A stretch of 64,000 nucleotides of DNA. Origin: Felis catus (Eukaryota). The notes below the pieces were generated by a model. The model did no database searches, had not been told where the DNA came from, and worked only from the letters and a program-made list of their open reading frames with translations. Position numbers and translations under genes: made by a program. Shown piece after piece: positions 1 to 12,500 of the stretch; positions within the stretch are counted from its first letter, which is position 1, and each line of letters opens with the position of its first letter. The stretch is from assembly GCF_018350175.1 (NCBI RefSeq), contig NC_058368.1, forward strand, positions 205,408,001 through 205,472,000, written 5' to 3'.

Positions 1-465
1 TCATAATCAGGCTCCATGTTGCAGGGAGTATGGCCAGAGTCGCAAAAGATGAGTCTGCAAACAAAGTGCAGTTAAGTGAAGGTCCTCACACTCAGTGGGA
101 ATGAGGCCCCAACTCGAGAATGAAGCCTCTCTTTATTAGGATAATTGCTAAAGACTAAGTGCATAAAGTCAACTAAGCAAGTGAAGTAATCAACTTAATG
201 ATTTTGCTTTTCAAGGTTGAATTTTGGGATAATTGTTTTTTATGATACTAGGAAGGGTCAGGTGTGAAGGAGGATCTGGCCCTGGACAATGTCAATGGCT
301 CAAGGCGTTCCTTAGTAGCCACAGCTGTGTTCAGCTATGTAACCATGTCCTAAGGCCTTGCACCTTCTCCAGCCTTTCCCTTTCGAAGTCTTTTCCTTTG
401 ATGCTTCTCTCACTCCATCTCCCACAGCTCCACACTGAGCTGTTTAAAAAAAAAAAAAAATTGAA

Positions 466-591
466 GGGGCACCTGGGTAGCTCAGATGGTTGAACGTCCA
501 ACTCTTGATTTTGGCTCAGCTCATGATCTCATGGTTTGTGAGTTTGAGCCCTGCACTGGGCTCTGCGCTGACAGTGCAAAGCCTGCTTGGG

Positions 592-635
<44 letters not shown>

Positions 636-676
636 TCTCCCTCTCTCCCTCTCTCTCTCTCTCTGCCCATCTCCTG

Positions 677-710
<34 letters not shown>

Positions 711-735
711 CTGTCTTAAATAAATAAACATTTAG
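466..735 (+). mobile_element. Can-SINE with expanded (CT)n(CA)n
   Basis: ggggcacctgggtagctcag head; CT tract; aaataaataaa tail. Confidence 0.9.
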
Positions 736-741
736 AAAAAT

Positions 742-838
742 ATACTTATTTAGTAATCTCTAACCCAACATGGGGCTTGAATTCATAACCCCAGGATCAA
801 GAGTCACATGCTCAACTGACTGAGCAGCCAGGAGCCCC
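742..838 (-). mobile_element. Short, older Can-SINE
   Basis: gatcaagagtcacatgctc...ccaggagcccc. Confidence 0.75.
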
Positions 839-2020
839 TGGCAATTCAGTCTTGAGTTTTACATCTGCCGAGAGAGAAAGACAAAAAAAAAAAGGGGGGG
901 GGGAGAGAAAATTCCCCTATAGGTATAATGTTAACTAAGCTGCTCTATGTGAAAGAACTTAGGACATGATAATTAGAGACATCCTGAATAAGAACTTTAT
1001 ATAGTTTAAGCTCTAGAATAAATGGTCCTGAAACAGAATGGAATGTTATGTCATTAAATGTTGCATCATTTGGGTTTTAGGTCTCATTTTATCTTACAAG
1101 AAATTACTTATCCTCCTCCACTCCCCAAGGTAATTAATCATTTTCCATATTTCACGGGCAGCCTGTTTTACTATTTCCTTTAGTATCTTTAATGATATTC
1201 ATATTACTTGAAAAATGTATCTGCCAGATAAACTAATGCTAATAAGTATGCGCTACTGCTGCAATGTCACGTAATTTCCAAGTTCTATGTTTTTTTTCAG
1301 GGACATGACATTTAAAGATAAAGTATATTATTAGAAGTTCACTGGAATCTTGAGACTCTTAACACTCCTAAAACAAAGTAATAGAACACATTGAAACCTT
1401 ACAAATAATTGCTATTCAACTTGCAAAGAATCTATTAAAAACTATACTTGATTTATGTTACTAGTTTTTAATCCCTAATAATTAAACATGTTTAAACCAT
1501 ACCCACACAAAACATGGATTTCAACTGACAAATCAGCCACACTAGCTTCTTAATATCCTAAAGTATTTACCTTAAGGAAAAGCGTTATATTAGGTAGAAT
1601 AATTTTGACTACAGTTCTCAGAAAACTCAATTACAACCTAAACAATAAGGAAATAATATGGTTTGGAAAATCCCAGAGGTAGGACAGGCTTCAGTGCTGA
1701 CTTCAACCAACAGCCTAGCTCCATTTCTCTGCAAGTCTCCTGGCTCTGCCGTTTTTTGTGTGCTGGCTTTATCCTCAGCCTGACCTTGAAAAGGCCGCAG
1801 CCCTTGTAGGCCTCATATCTAAGGAAACTACTGTCAAAGGAAGTCAAAGGAAGACAGAGGCAGCTGCTGCTAGAAGCTTTCACAGAATTATAAAAAGAAG
1901 AACTTCCCCAGAATTCAAATCAAACATTTCCTCGTATTTCATTGGTCCAATCTGGTCACATGTCTGGCCTAGAACCAATTGCAAACACAAGGTTAAAATT
2001 ACTCTTATACTGACTAGGTC

Positions 2021-2488
2021 TGTATCAGTCAGGGTTCTCCAGAGAAACTGAATCAATGAGGGAGAGGGTAATCTATATCTATATCTACATATCTACCACA
2101 AAGATAATCTCTTTAAAGTCAACTGATTAGATGCTAATCACACCTACAAAATACTTTACCGCAGGGCACCTGGGTGGATCAGCAGTTAAGAAGCTTCCAA
2201 CTTTTGATATCTGCTCAGGTCATCATCTTGTTTGAGGTCATGATCTCACGGTTCAGGAGTTTGAGGCCTGAATCAGCTCGGTCCTGACAGTGTGGAGCCT
2301 GCTTCGGATCCTCTCCCTCCCTCTCTCTGCCCTCCCCCTCTCTCTCCCCCTCTGTCTCTCTCTGTCTCTCTCAAAATAAATAAATCAACATTTGGGGGGG
2401 AAAATACTTCACAGCAACACCTAGATTACTACCTGATTAGGTAACTGAATACTCTAGCCTACCTAGTTTGACACATAAAACTATCACA
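2021..2488 (-). mobile_element. MLT2-like (ERVL) LTR relic, internally deleted and interrupted by a SINE
   Basis: Ends tgtatcagtcagggttctccagagaaac and ttgacacataaaactatcaca resemble MLT2 termini. Confidence 0.65.
2164..2400 (+). mobile_element. Can-SINE inside the MLT2 relic
   Basis: gggcacctgggtgg head; imperfect TSD aaaatactt..c.gca. Confidence 0.85.
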
Positions 2489-3432
2489 AGTTCCATTTCT
2501 GAACTTGTGAGGAGTGTGTTGAAGAAGGGTAGAAATGCAAACCTGTACAAAATTGGGATTCTATGAGGAGAAAAAGGAGTGAATGTCAACTAGGCAAGCA
2601 AAAACATCCACTAGTGGCATGGATCATAAATAAGTCCCATTACCTCTGTGATCTCTTTGGGAATGCCAAAAATGGTGACTTATATTTATAATGATGAGAA
2701 TTTTCTCATGTTGAAAATGTGACCATCTTAGAGAGTCGAGTTTGGTAAGTGAGTTTATAGGCAGTGTAATGTTTGGAGAGGTAGACACACATTACAGAGA
2801 GTTTTTTTTTTTCAATTAGACGTTGCATTAGTGAATTAGAATTAGATTAATCATGAGTTATAAACAAAACCACAGAAGCTTAAGATAGATGCTCATTTTT
2901 CTCTCAGATTCAAGAAGTCTGGGAATGTTTAGTCCAGAGTTGTAGAAGGACTTCATGGTGTCAGGGTGCAAGATTTCTTCCATCTTATTGCTCTGTCACA
3001 AGTGTTTCCTTTCTAAGGTTTCCTCTTGATCTGAGGTGGTTTGTGGAAGTCTACCCTTTGTAATCATATTCCAGCCAACAGAAAGGAATAAAGGCAGATC
3101 ATGTTCCTTCCTTTAAAGGGCATTTCTTGGAAGCTGCACTGCCCATTTCCACTTATATCCTACTAGCCAGAACTTAGTCATATGGCCATACCAGACTAGA
3201 AGAAACTAGAAAATGTAGGCTTTGTTCCCAGCAGCCCACATGGCTTCTAGGGTAACCAGTGAGACTAGATTTTTATGAGACACAGGATTTTCAATGCTGA
3301 ACAGTTGGTTGCCATAGTTCTATTACTCTGGAAGGAAAGGAGAATGGATATTTTCCAACACTGGGACCACAATCAACGGGGGCTTTTTTGGTTGTAACCA
3401 ATAAGAAATTAGACCTAAAATAATGGCATAAG

Positions 3433-3435
<3 letters not shown>

Positions 3436-3493
<58 letters not shown>

Positions 3494-3673
3494 ATATATA
3501 TACATATATATAATTTATAAATATAAATATATATAATTTATACATACATGTGTGTGTATATATATGTATATATATACACATATATGTAGATATATATACA
3601 CATATATATGTGTATATATGTGTGTGTGTATATATATATATATATTTATTTATTCATTTATTTATTTATTTAT
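3436..3673. repeat. Compound (TA)n/(TG)n/(TTTA)n microsatellite
   Basis: Directly visible. Confidence 0.95.
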
Positions 3674-4245
3674 TGACTGGTGTAACTGAAAAACAGAGGC
3701 CAAAATAAAATCATTAGAACCAGGTCTCTCACGAACTGCCTATCCCACTTGTCTCTCTGTTGGCTCCATTCTCAAACAGGTGGTACCAAAGGCTGGCAGC
3801 AACATTGGGTTCCCAACCTCATGTTAGAAACCCATCAAAAAGAAGAGCAGTATCTTCTCTTAAAAACCAGAACCAAATCTAAGAGCCTGGTCCTCACGTG
3901 CCTGAATTTGATCAGGTGTTCATCCTTGAGCCCATTACTCTCCCCAGGGCATGACTGTCCCTTGGAGCAGGTGGGTCCACTCACTGCCCTCCCCTCCCCC
4001 AAACTATGAGACCCGAAAACAGAGAAAGGGAGTTTTATTTAAGAAATTGTCAGTACTAGGAAAAGAGTGGCTGGAGGCTGCCAAGTAGCAAAAATGCAAA
4101 TGTACACTACAGACAGCCATGCCCACAATGGCTGAAAAGCAGAGAGATTCAGACCACTGCTAGAAAGAAAATCTTGCCCTTTCACAAGCAACGCATGCAC
4201 AGGAAGTCTAGATGATGCCATAAAACGGTCTTAAACAACCTCTTC

Positions 4246-4749
4246 TGTCTGGCTTTTGTAAGGGTTAAATTGTACTATAGGGCTAACGCTTAGCTTGAAA
4301 GATAACAACTTTGTTTTGACACTAAAGGTCAAAAGATAACAGCCTTGCTTTTACTCTTGTAAATCATACTTCCTACTCTTGTGAATTAGGCTTTACCAAT
4401 GAAGGAAACAAAAGCTCAAAAAAGAGCATCAGAGACAAGGTCAAGGAGATCCACTGGTTGCAACTTAGCGGCAGAAAGTCTAAAATAATCACCTCATTCG
4501 ATAACTGTTTCTGACTCATCTGGCAACTGTTTCTAACTCGTCTGGGAACTGTTTATCTGTTCTGTTCCCAAATAATGATAAAACGATGTGATCGGCTTTA
4601 AAAACTCTTTACCCCGGCTGTTCGGGGCCACACTCTTATCAAGAGTGTTGGTCCCGATTGGTCGGCCTTGCCTCTCATTGTAATAAACTTTGTTGCAACT
4701 GTCACTGGTGCCCGTAGCATTCTGTTTCAGGAGTCGCGTGGATGCAACA
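4246..4749 (+). mobile_element. Probable solo endogenous-retrovirus LTR
   Basis: TG...CA ends (5' end could be 4246 or 4257); imperfect 4-bp flanks cttc/ctac; ~22-bp tandem repeats in U3; TTTAAAAA at 4597; AATAAA at 4682; retained CpGs. Confidence 0.65.
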
Positions 4750-5269
4750 CTACCTAGTCCTCATGGTCTTTATTAATCTACTACTCTTATTCCCAGTCAA
4801 TGAGTTTTAACCAGTTTTCCTAAGTGGATACAGGAGATTAAAAACTTCAGATTCTTCAAGTCCCCGACAGAAAATTATCCAAAGGGCTAATACACATTTG
4901 TCTAGTTAATCTGACCACATTTTATACTTTAATACCAGTGGTATTATGCAGATAGTCTCTGCTGGTTTCTGCAGTCATACCAAAACCCTTCTTCCATACC
5001 CACTCATATACCCTGCATAATATATTTTACGAGTGTGTATGATGTTAATATAACATATCATCTATTTTTTTTCTAATTCAGATTCTGTAAGGCAAAAACA
5101 CATTTTGAAAAAAAACAAACAAACCATTTTGGTCCATACGGCATGACTTTTAGCTCACATAGTAAGTCAGAATGGTAGTGGGATCAGATAAGAACTACTT
5201 TACTGTTCAAATAAATGATATTTGTGTAGCACTTTTAACTTCCCAGAGAATTCTTGCACCTTATCTAAA

Positions 5270-5440
5270 TCTCAACAACTCTGTGAAACAAATAGATGTA
5301 AGTATTATTTTTCACATTTCACAGGTAAAAACCTGAAGCTCAGAAAAAGTTACATGACTTGCTTAAGTTAGCACAACGAGCTAGTGGCAGATTAGAGATC
5401 TGAACCTCCTTCCTCTTGGCCCCTAGATCTCTGATCATTC
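5270..5440 (-). mobile_element. MIR relic
   Basis: catttcacaggtaaaaacctgaagctcagaaaaagttacatgacttgc core. Confidence 0.6.
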
Positions 5441-6023
5441 CACACGTGTGCTACCACCCTCATCTTCTTCCCCATCTTTCCACTTTCCAAAACTTTACCA
5501 CTGGCCCTTCTGGGGGATGCTCTATATTATACTAGTTACCAACTGCACCTTCGGACTATGTATGAGAGACCTGGGTTCAAATACCATTTCATCTTCTTAC
5601 TTCTCACATCCTTTCGGCCCTGTTTAACATTTCTCACTCTCATGACTTTGGCTACCATGTATACAATGTATACAATGACACTTAAACCTATCTCCAACCT
5701 AAACACCTTCACGGAGCTTCATACTTCCATATACTCATATATGAAACTGCTTACTGGGCATTTTCAAGTGCAAATGCAATAGACGTTTAAAATTTTAAAC
5801 GTCCAAACCTGGAATCATCATTTCCTATCCTTTCTGTGATCCCTCAGTTCTTATCTTGGAATCATCCTTGAATCCCATTACTCACTCCATTCCAATCTCA
5901 TCCCATCAGACACAAAGTTCTGAATATTTTACCACTTTTCCATTTCCAGGTAGAGGTGAGCAACTCTCCAAGCCAAAGTTTTGATTAATATCTTCAATTT
6001 TATTAAGAGGATGATTGACCCAT

Positions 6024-6355
6024 TGTGGTAGGTAGAGCAATGGCCCCACAAAGATACCCACATCCTAATTTCTGGAACCTGTGAATGTTACCTGGCAAAG
6101 GAAAATTAAGGTTGCAGATGGAATTGAGATTGCTAATCAACCGAATTTAAAATAGAGATTATCTGAGTGAGCTCACTGTAATCACAAGGGCCAAAATTGG
6201 AATAGGGAGGCAGAAGACAGAGGGAGGCCATATGAGAAGGATTTGACTCACCTTTGCCAACTTTGGAGAGGGAGAAAGGGGCTTATCAGAAGGAATATGG
6301 GTAACCTTCAGAAGCTGTAAAAGGCAAGGAAACTGATTCTCCCCTAAAGCCTCCA
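6024..6355 (+). mobile_element. MLT1-like (MaLR) LTR fragment
   Basis: tgtggtagg...aatggcccc...ctggaacctgtgaatgttac...aaaaggcaaggaaactgattctcccc. Confidence 0.7.
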
Positions 6356-6660
6356 TTAGGTTTATATTAATTTGTCACAGATTGCCACCAAATCAGTGGC
6401 TTAAAACAACACACATTTATAATTCCAAAACCAGTTTCAACATGTGTCAACAGAGCCATATTCCCTTTGGAAGCTCTAGGGAAGAATCTATTTCCTGTTT
6501 TTCTCCAGCTTCTAGAATTGTATTTTTTATATTCCTTAACTCATGGCCCCTTCATCTGTCTTCAGAGCTAGTAATGTGGCAGATTCAAATCTTTTTGTGC
6601 TTTTATCACATCACCTTCTTTCTAAAGTCAAATCTCCTTACGTCCCATTCTTGCTAAGAA
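6356..6660 (-). mobile_element. MLT1-like fragment in the opposite orientation
   Basis: gtggcttaaaacaacacacatttat...ctctagggaagaatct...ccagcttctag. Confidence 0.55.
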
Positions 6661-6706
6661 TCCATCTTCTAACTGTTTGCTGCCAACTCTTAAAAGACTT
6701 GCTACA

Positions 6707-6912
6707 GGGGCACCTGCGTGGCTCAGTCGGTTGAGCGTCTGACTTCGGCTTGGGTCATGATCTCACTGCTCATGAGTTCGAGCCCTGCGTCAAACTCTGT
6801 GCTGACAGCTCAGAGCCTGGAGCCTGCTTCCGATTCTGTGTCTCCCTCTCTGCCCCTAACCCACTCGCATTCTGTCTCTGTCTCTCTCAAAAATAAATAA
6901 TACTAATAAAAA
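6707..6912 (+). mobile_element. Can-SINE
   Basis: Full head, CT tract and A tail; TSD aaaagacttg. Confidence 0.9.
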
Positions 6913-7034
6913 AGACTTGTTAGAAATTATTCATGCCTAAAGAACAACAAACTTTTCTATTACTATTGTACAGACCAGAGCTGCCCAATAGAACTTTCTG
7001 TGATAATGGATATGGTCTATACTCATGCTGTATT

Positions 7035-8250
7035 TCATAGAAATTGAATCATATAATATATGGTATTCTGTGGTTAGCTTCTTTCACTTAGCACAACATC
7101 TTCAAGGTTCATCAATTTTTGGAGCATATATCAGTACTTCATTCCTTTTTATTACCAAATAAGATTCCATTGTTTGGATTTACCACATTTTGTTTATCTA
7201 TTCATCAGTTGACATGAATTTGGGTTGTTTTCAGCTTTGGCAATTAGTATCGCTATAAATATTTCTATGCAAGTTTTTGGGTGACCATATATTTTCATTT
7301 TTTTAGGGTAAGAAATGAATGGCTGTCACATGGCGACTCTATGTTTAGTTAATATTTGACCAGCTGCCAAATTGTTTCCAATTTCCTTTCCCACTAGTAC
7401 ATAAGGGTTCCATTTTCTTCACATTCTCACCAACATTTGTTATTATTTCACTTTTTGATTCTAGCCTACCTGGTGTAAGTGGTATTGCATTGAATTTTTG
7501 ATGTGGATTTCCCTAATGAATAATGGCATTGAGCATCTTTTCATGGGTTTATTGGCCAGTTGTATGTCCTTGGAAAAAATGTCTATCCAGATCCATTGTG
7601 CATTTTTAAAATGGGCTTTTATCATTTTTATTATTGACTTGCGAGAGTTCTTTATATATTCTAGATATAAATCCCTTATAAGATGTATGGTTTGCAAATA
7701 TTTCCTCCTATTCCATGTGTCATTTTTCACTTTCTTTTTTTAAAATGTTCATTTATTTGAGAGAGAGAAAGAGAGAGGAGAGAGAGAGAGAACAAGCAGG
7801 GGAGGGGCAGAGAGAGAGGAGGACAGAGGATCTGAAGTGGGCTCCATGCTGATAGGATGCAGGGCTTGAACCTGCAAACCCCAGGATCATGAGCTGAGCT
7901 GAAGTCGGCAGCCGAACCAAGTGAGCCACCCAGGTGCCCCATCATTTTTCACTTTCTTAGTGGTGTCCTTTTTCTTTTGCTGCTCATGCTTTTTGTGTCA
8001 TATCTAAGAATCCCCCACCAAATCTGAGATCATGAAATTTATTTCTGTGTCTTCTAAGAGTTTTATAGTTTGGCACATTTACTTAGGTCTTTGATCTATT
8101 TTGTGTTAATTTTTGCATATGGTGTGAGGAAAGGATCCAACTTTATTCCTTTGCATACTTTGCATGTGGATATCCAATTGTCTCCACATTATTTCTTGGA
8201 AACACTATTTCTTGCCCATTGAATAGACTTGGAAATCAGTTGGTATGTTT
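7035..8250 (-). mobile_element. Old L1 3' fragment (ORF2 C-terminal region), interrupted by a SINE
   Basis: ORF 7461..7730(-) gives L1 ORF2-like text (KDIQLANKPMKRCSMPLFIREIHIK); typical L1 3' motifs. Confidence 0.8.
7735..7940 (-). mobile_element. Can-SINE inside L1
   Basis: TSD tcatttttcactttctt. Confidence 0.9.
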
Positions 8251-8549
8251 GTTGATCTAGTTATTCTATCCATTATTTAAAGTTGAATATTGAAGTCTCT
8301 ATTTCTCCCTTCATTTCTGTATTTTACTCCATGTATTTGATGCTTTGATGCTAGATGCATACATATTTATAATTGTAATATCTTCCTAATGGATTTTCAT
8401 TTTATCGTGATTTGATGGGTACACTTATGAATGATCTGGCTATGGGCAATACCTCTGTTCCTTTTCCTGCACCTCTCAACTGAAAGGATGTAAAAATAAG
8501 CCTTCTCTTACATGCAGAGAGTCTAGTTTTATTATTAATAGGATTGACT

Positions 8550-8771
8550 TTTATTTATTTATTTTTTTTAATTTCTAATGTTTATTTATTTCTGAGAGAC
8601 ACAGAGTGTGAGCAGGGGAGGGGAAGAGAGAGAGGGAGACAGAATCCAAAGCAGACTCCAGGCTCTGAGCTGTCAGCACAGAGCCCGATGCAGAGCTCGA
8701 ACTCATGGACCGTGAGATCATGACCTGAGCTGAAGTCAGATGCCCAACTGACTGAGCCACCCAGGTGCCCC
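8550..8771 (-). mobile_element. Can-SINE
   Basis: Reverse head gagccacccaggtgcccc; TSD gattgactt. Confidence 0.9.
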
Positions 8772-9386
8772 AATGATTGACTTCTAATAGATAATTGGCA
8801 TAGCTATTCAATTGTTATCAGAAAGGAGAGCCACAGATTACTTATTCTAAAACACAAAAGATGTTATTTTATATTCTATCCATTATATTGTTTTGAACAG
8901 CAATAATGTGACTCTCTTGTTTCCAAATCATTAGATTCTAACAACCTTTTTTAGGCAAAGTCCAAAAAATATTTCTTACAAACACTAGACTTCTAGTCCC
9001 TTGAAAAAAGAGAATATATCTCATTCCTTCTTATACTTCTCCTATATAGAAGAGAGCTTGCTGTAGAACAAATGTCTGATGATTTGAAATTTTAGAATGT
9101 TTTTATCACCACTTTGGAAACAGATATCTACACAGATATTTAAAAAAGGTGGAGGTGATATGCCTTTCTATCCACAATGAAATAAAAATGAGTATTAATT
9201 ATAAGAGCATAAGGAATAAAGTAAAAATCACCTGAAAAAGAATTTACTATTGAATTTTCTATAAATATTCTTCCAGGCATCTATGCATAAACAAAAGCAA
9301 ATTGTTCCATAGAATCATACTGTCATTGGGCTTTAACCTGATTTTTTGACTTGTCAATGTCTTGAAGATATTGAAATGTGTCATTC

Positions 9387-9596
9387 TTTTTTTTTTTTTT
9401 TAACGTTTATTTATTTTTGAGACAGAGCATGAACGGGGGAGGGGCAGAGAGAGAGAGGGAGACACAGATCCGGAAGCAGGCTCCAGGCTCCGAGCCATCA
9501 GCCCAGAGCCCAACGCGGGGCTCGAACTCACGGACCGCGAGATCGTGACCTGAGCCAAAGTCGGACGCTTAACCGACAGAGCCACCCAGGCGCCCC
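9387..9596 (-). mobile_element. Young Can-SINE
   Basis: CpGs retained; TSD tgtgtcattcttt. Confidence 0.92.
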
Positions 9597-9667
9597 TGTG
9601 TCATTCTTTTTAATATTGCAGGGCCTACACAATTAAAAGTTTAAGAAATTACTGGATAATTTTTGAT

Positions 9668-9890
9668 TTTTTTAATGCTTATTTATTTTTGAGAGAGAGA
9701 CAGAGACAGAGAGAGAGAAAGAGCGTGAAGTAGGGAGGGGCAGAGGGAGAGAGAGAGACAGAATCAGAAGCAGGCTCCAGGCTCTGACCTGTCAGCACAG
9801 AGCCAGACGCCGGGCTTGAGCTCATGAACTGTGAGATCATAACCTCAGTTGAAGTCAGACGCTCAACCGACTGAGCCACCTAGGCACCCC
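9668..9890 (-). mobile_element. Can-SINE
   Basis: Reverse head and GA tract. Confidence 0.9.
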
Positions 9891-10324
9891 TGTTGATTCT
9901 TAATTAAAAAAAAAATTTATACAAATAGTATGTAATTACATACAGTAAAAATTAAAACAAGGCAATGCATATAGAATGGAAAATTAAAAAGCCCCCTTTA
10001 CTTTGGACTCCTACTCTCTCTAATATTCTAGAATAACCACCGTTAACAGTTTAGTTTCCTTTCAGATACTTTTCTATGAATTTCTATACAAATACCACAA
10101 ATGTATAATTTTGGTTTATTCTTTTTTACATAAGTGGCATGACATCATACACACTACTCTGCAACATGATTTCTTTACTTAACAATATATTCTGGTCAAG
10201 TTTTCCTGTAAGTACATGTAGATCTCTCTCATTGTTTTTAATTGCTGTGTAGTGTTTCTCCTGGTAAAGATATAATATATTGAAGGGGATGGATATTTAA
10301 AATGTTATGTTTTGCCTTCTAAAA

Positions 10325-10500
10325 TGGCTCAGTCGGTTAAGCATCCAACTTCGGCTCAGGTCATGATCTGGTGGTTCGTGGGTTGGAGCCCCTTCGTCAG
10401 GCTCTGTGGTTCTGTGTCTCCCTCTCTCTCTGCCCCTCCCTGCTCATGCTCTGTCTCTCTGTCTCTCTCTCAAAAATAAACATTTAAAAAATTTTTTAAA
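10325..10500 (+). mobile_element. Can-SINE, 5'-clipped with an internal deletion
   Basis: tggctcagtcggttaagc...aaaaataaacatt. Confidence 0.85.
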
Positions 10501-11239
10501 AGACAGTGAAAAATCATTAATTATTACAAGATATTTATATAAAACCAATTTTTCTTCCAGGTTCTTATACAAAATGGGAAATAAAGCCTGCCTGTTGAAA
10601 TCTACTTTCCCTTCCTTCTACATCTGGTCACTAAAAGCTATCTCTAAATTCTGTCACCCTTTCTTTCCTCCCACTACTTTCCCAACTGCATTCCAGTGAA
10701 CAGCACTTCAATGCTATTAGACTGATTATACTCTAGGATTACTCAATATATTAGTCCATTCTATCCTTTCAGCATTTGGAAGTGTTTTGTTAGACATCAG
10801 TAAATGGAACTGCAGGGTACCCTGAGGTAGGCAGAAAACTCACAGTGTAGATATGACTGAAGAGTAGCAATGTTTCAAGTCACAGCTCAAGACCACTGGG
10901 AACTGGCTGGTGTCCATTTAGGATTTATAAGTGGGGAAATGTTTATCTTGTTAATTTATTTATTTTCCAACCAAATAGCTTTATTTCACTGAAGGCCGCC
11001 ACCCTAATTCATCTATAGAAAAGTATATATTAGAAGATTTATCATTGCTATTCCACTGGGGGCTGCCACAGGAATGATTCGTGTGTGATATGAAATACAA
11101 CATCTAGTCTCCTAAAACACTCCCCTGGATTCCCAGGTTGAGACTGGAGAAGGCAAAGTTGGTAACTGAATTGGAAATACATATCTGTATAAATATACAT
11201 ATATATGAAATATACTTAAATATAACACACTGGAAATAT

Positions 11240-11760
11240 ATATATTGTGTTAAGAACACTTAACATGAGATAGACCCTCTTAACACATTTTTAATTGCAC
11301 AATACGGTATTATTAACTACATACAGTGTGGTACAGATCTCTAGAACTTACTCATTGTGTACACCCGAAACTTCATACCCATTATGAATATAATGGTATA
11401 TTATATATACTTCATACCCATTATGAATAGCAACTCCCCATTTCCCCTTCCCCGAGCCCCTGGAAATCACCATTCTACTCTGCTTCTATGAATGTGACTC
11501 TTTCAGATACCTGATACAAGTGGAATCATACAGTATTTGTATTTCTGGGGCTGACTTACTTTATTTAACATAATGTCCTCCAAGTTCATTCATGTTGTCA
11601 CATATGGCAAGATAGCCTTCTTTTGTAAGGTATGTATATACTACATTTTCTTTACCCATTCATCTGTGAATGGACATCTAGGTTGCTTCCACATCTTGGC
11701 TATTGTGAATAATGGTGCAATGAATATAGGAGTACAAATACCTCTTCGAAATCCTGAAAC
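11240..11760 (-). mobile_element. L1 3' end fragment
   Basis: cattctactctgcttctatg...agtggaatcatacagtatttg...gttgcttccacatcttggctattgtgaataat. Confidence 0.8.
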
Positions 11761-12069
11761 GGATATTTTAAACTCACATTGAAACTATACGTATAGTGCT
11801 TTTAAAAGTTAATTAGAAGTTATACAGTATTTTAAGCAATGACAGAAAATACCTAAAGTCCTGCTTTCATTGTATGTATTTTTTTTTCTCATTTTTCAGT
11901 GGTCTTTTTCAGTTTTGGCCTTATGTGAAACTATATAACACACAGCTGTGATCATTATAGAATACAGTTTGAATTCTGCCTTTTATGATTATTCTAAACA
12001 TTTTCACACATACTTAAAAGTCTTACTTTTTAGTGGTAGCATAATAGTTTTTCAAAAAGATGTACTATA

Positions 12070-12500
12070 GGGTCACCTGGGTGGCTCAGTTGGTTAAGTG
12101 TTTTGACTTCTGTTCAGGTCATGATCTCGGAGTTCTTGAGTACAAGCCTCGTGTTGGGCTCTGGGCTGACAGCTCAGAGCCTGGAGCTTGCTTTGGATTC
12201 TGTGTCTCACTCTCTCTCTGCCCCACTCCCCACTCTCTCTCTCAAAAATAAACATTGTTTTTATTTTATTTTTTTAATGTTTTTATTTAGTTTTTAGACA
12301 GAGAGAGACACAGCATGAGCAGGGGAGGGGCAGAGAGAGAGGGAGACACAGAATCTGAAGCAGGCTCCAGGCTCTGAGCTGTCAGCCCAGAGCCCAACGC
12401 GGGCTCAAACTCACGGACTGACCTGAGCAGAAGTCGGACACTTAACCGACTAAGCCACCCAGGCGCCCCTCAAAAATAAACATTAAATAAAACAAAACAA
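12070..12500. mobile_element. Can-SINE (+) with a second Can-SINE (-) inserted in its tail
   Basis: TSD ctcaaaaataaacatt at 12241-12256 and 12469-12484. Confidence 0.9.

Noticed and set aside
17..230. Possible minus-strand LTR fragment at the window start
   Set aside because: Only a tttatt and a TG start are suggestive; family and ends could not be defined
466..560. tRNA-like A/B-box heads in many places
   Set aside because: They are SINE heads followed by CT tracts and A tails, not tRNA genes
1781..1789. ERR-type TNAAGGTCA sites on the minus strand (1781, ~47595, ~58922)
   Set aside because: Isolated 9-mers are expected by chance in 64 kb and some lie in repeat-derived sequence
3291..3581. 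YI/HT-repeat ORFs (also 49651-50061)
   Set aside because: Microsatellite translations
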